From: Bugula neritina
Taxonomy: Eukaryota > Animalia > Bryozoa
DNA: 64,000 bases
Assembly (NCBI GenBank): GCA_964035545.1
Contig: OZ037773.1
Location: 587,751 to 651,750 of the forward strand
Reading direction: 5' to 3'
The translations under genes were made by a program, and so were the position numbers. Below, one piece after another: positions 63,429 through 64,000 of this stretch (positions are counted from its first letter, which is position 1; each line of letters starts with the position of its first letter). The notes under the pieces were generated by a model that was given only the letters and a program-made list of their open reading frames with translations, ran no database searches and had not been told where the DNA came from.

Positions 63429-64000
63429 GTTAGACATCCATATTAAGGGCGTTTTGCTGCTAATTTTTTGCCCTGTTAGTTGGGGATGAGTCAATGTTTT
63501 CAAGACCCAGTTGCTCTTAAGGTCCATTGGTGTGAAAATATTTGCCTAATGCAAACTAGCTGCAGCTGTAGAGAGCTTTTAAAATCAGTGAGACTATTGC
63601 ACAGCTATTTTTAATGATAAGGCTCTACTAGTAATGGAAATTGATAAACGAAATCTCCTGTGCCAAAATGCTGATGTACTAAGCTATACTGAAATTTGGA
63701 ATGAATGCAGGGCATACAGCATCAAGTAAGTCTCCTACCCAAACAGGAAAAAGCGGAGGTAGGTGAGAAAAAATGCAGCATCAAGTAATATAATTTTTTC
63801 TGAATGATAATAAACAAATAAAAAGCTCCAAAATAGAAATAAACCACTAGTAAAAAACTGTCTTGTAAACACTTTGCGTGACTTGCTTTGACCTATTAGA
63901 CTAAAAGACATAAAAGCCTACATAATAAAAGCATGACAGTTTTGCTTTATTAAACAATCACATTCAAAGCAATGGCCTTTCGAATTAATAGACCTTAAGA

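Overview
AT-rich, microsatellite-dense eukaryotic DNA with GT-AG introns, probably from an invertebrate animal; the species cannot be told from the sequence. The window is dominated by a tandem cluster of one multi-exon gene family, reconstructed by hand from splice sites and intron phases. It holds six copies (A 5'-partial, B, C, D on +; E on -; F 3'-partial on +) plus an internally deleted remnant. The four complete copies (B-E) encode ~420-460 aa surface proteins: signal peptide, near-identical NHL-like beta-propeller ectodomain, Thr/Ser mucin-like stalk (absent in C) and membrane anchor. Ectodomain exons are homogenised while the C-terminal modules differ by copy. A has an unrelated TM with a Cys-rich tail; C has no stalk and a Tyr-motif tail. 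B-E share a last exon that is hydrophobic in two frames (TM+KKR, or a GPI-signal-like tail ending YWE*), and the frame is set by a small upstream exon or alternative donor. Introns carry Penelope-like elements with hammerhead ribozymes, RTE and other LINE fragments, tRNA-SINEs and several TIR elements. One ribozyme lies in sense orientation just after the last ectodomain exon of C, and a 942-bp perfect Penelope palindrome lies 3' of D. No database search was run, so family names rest on motif recognition.
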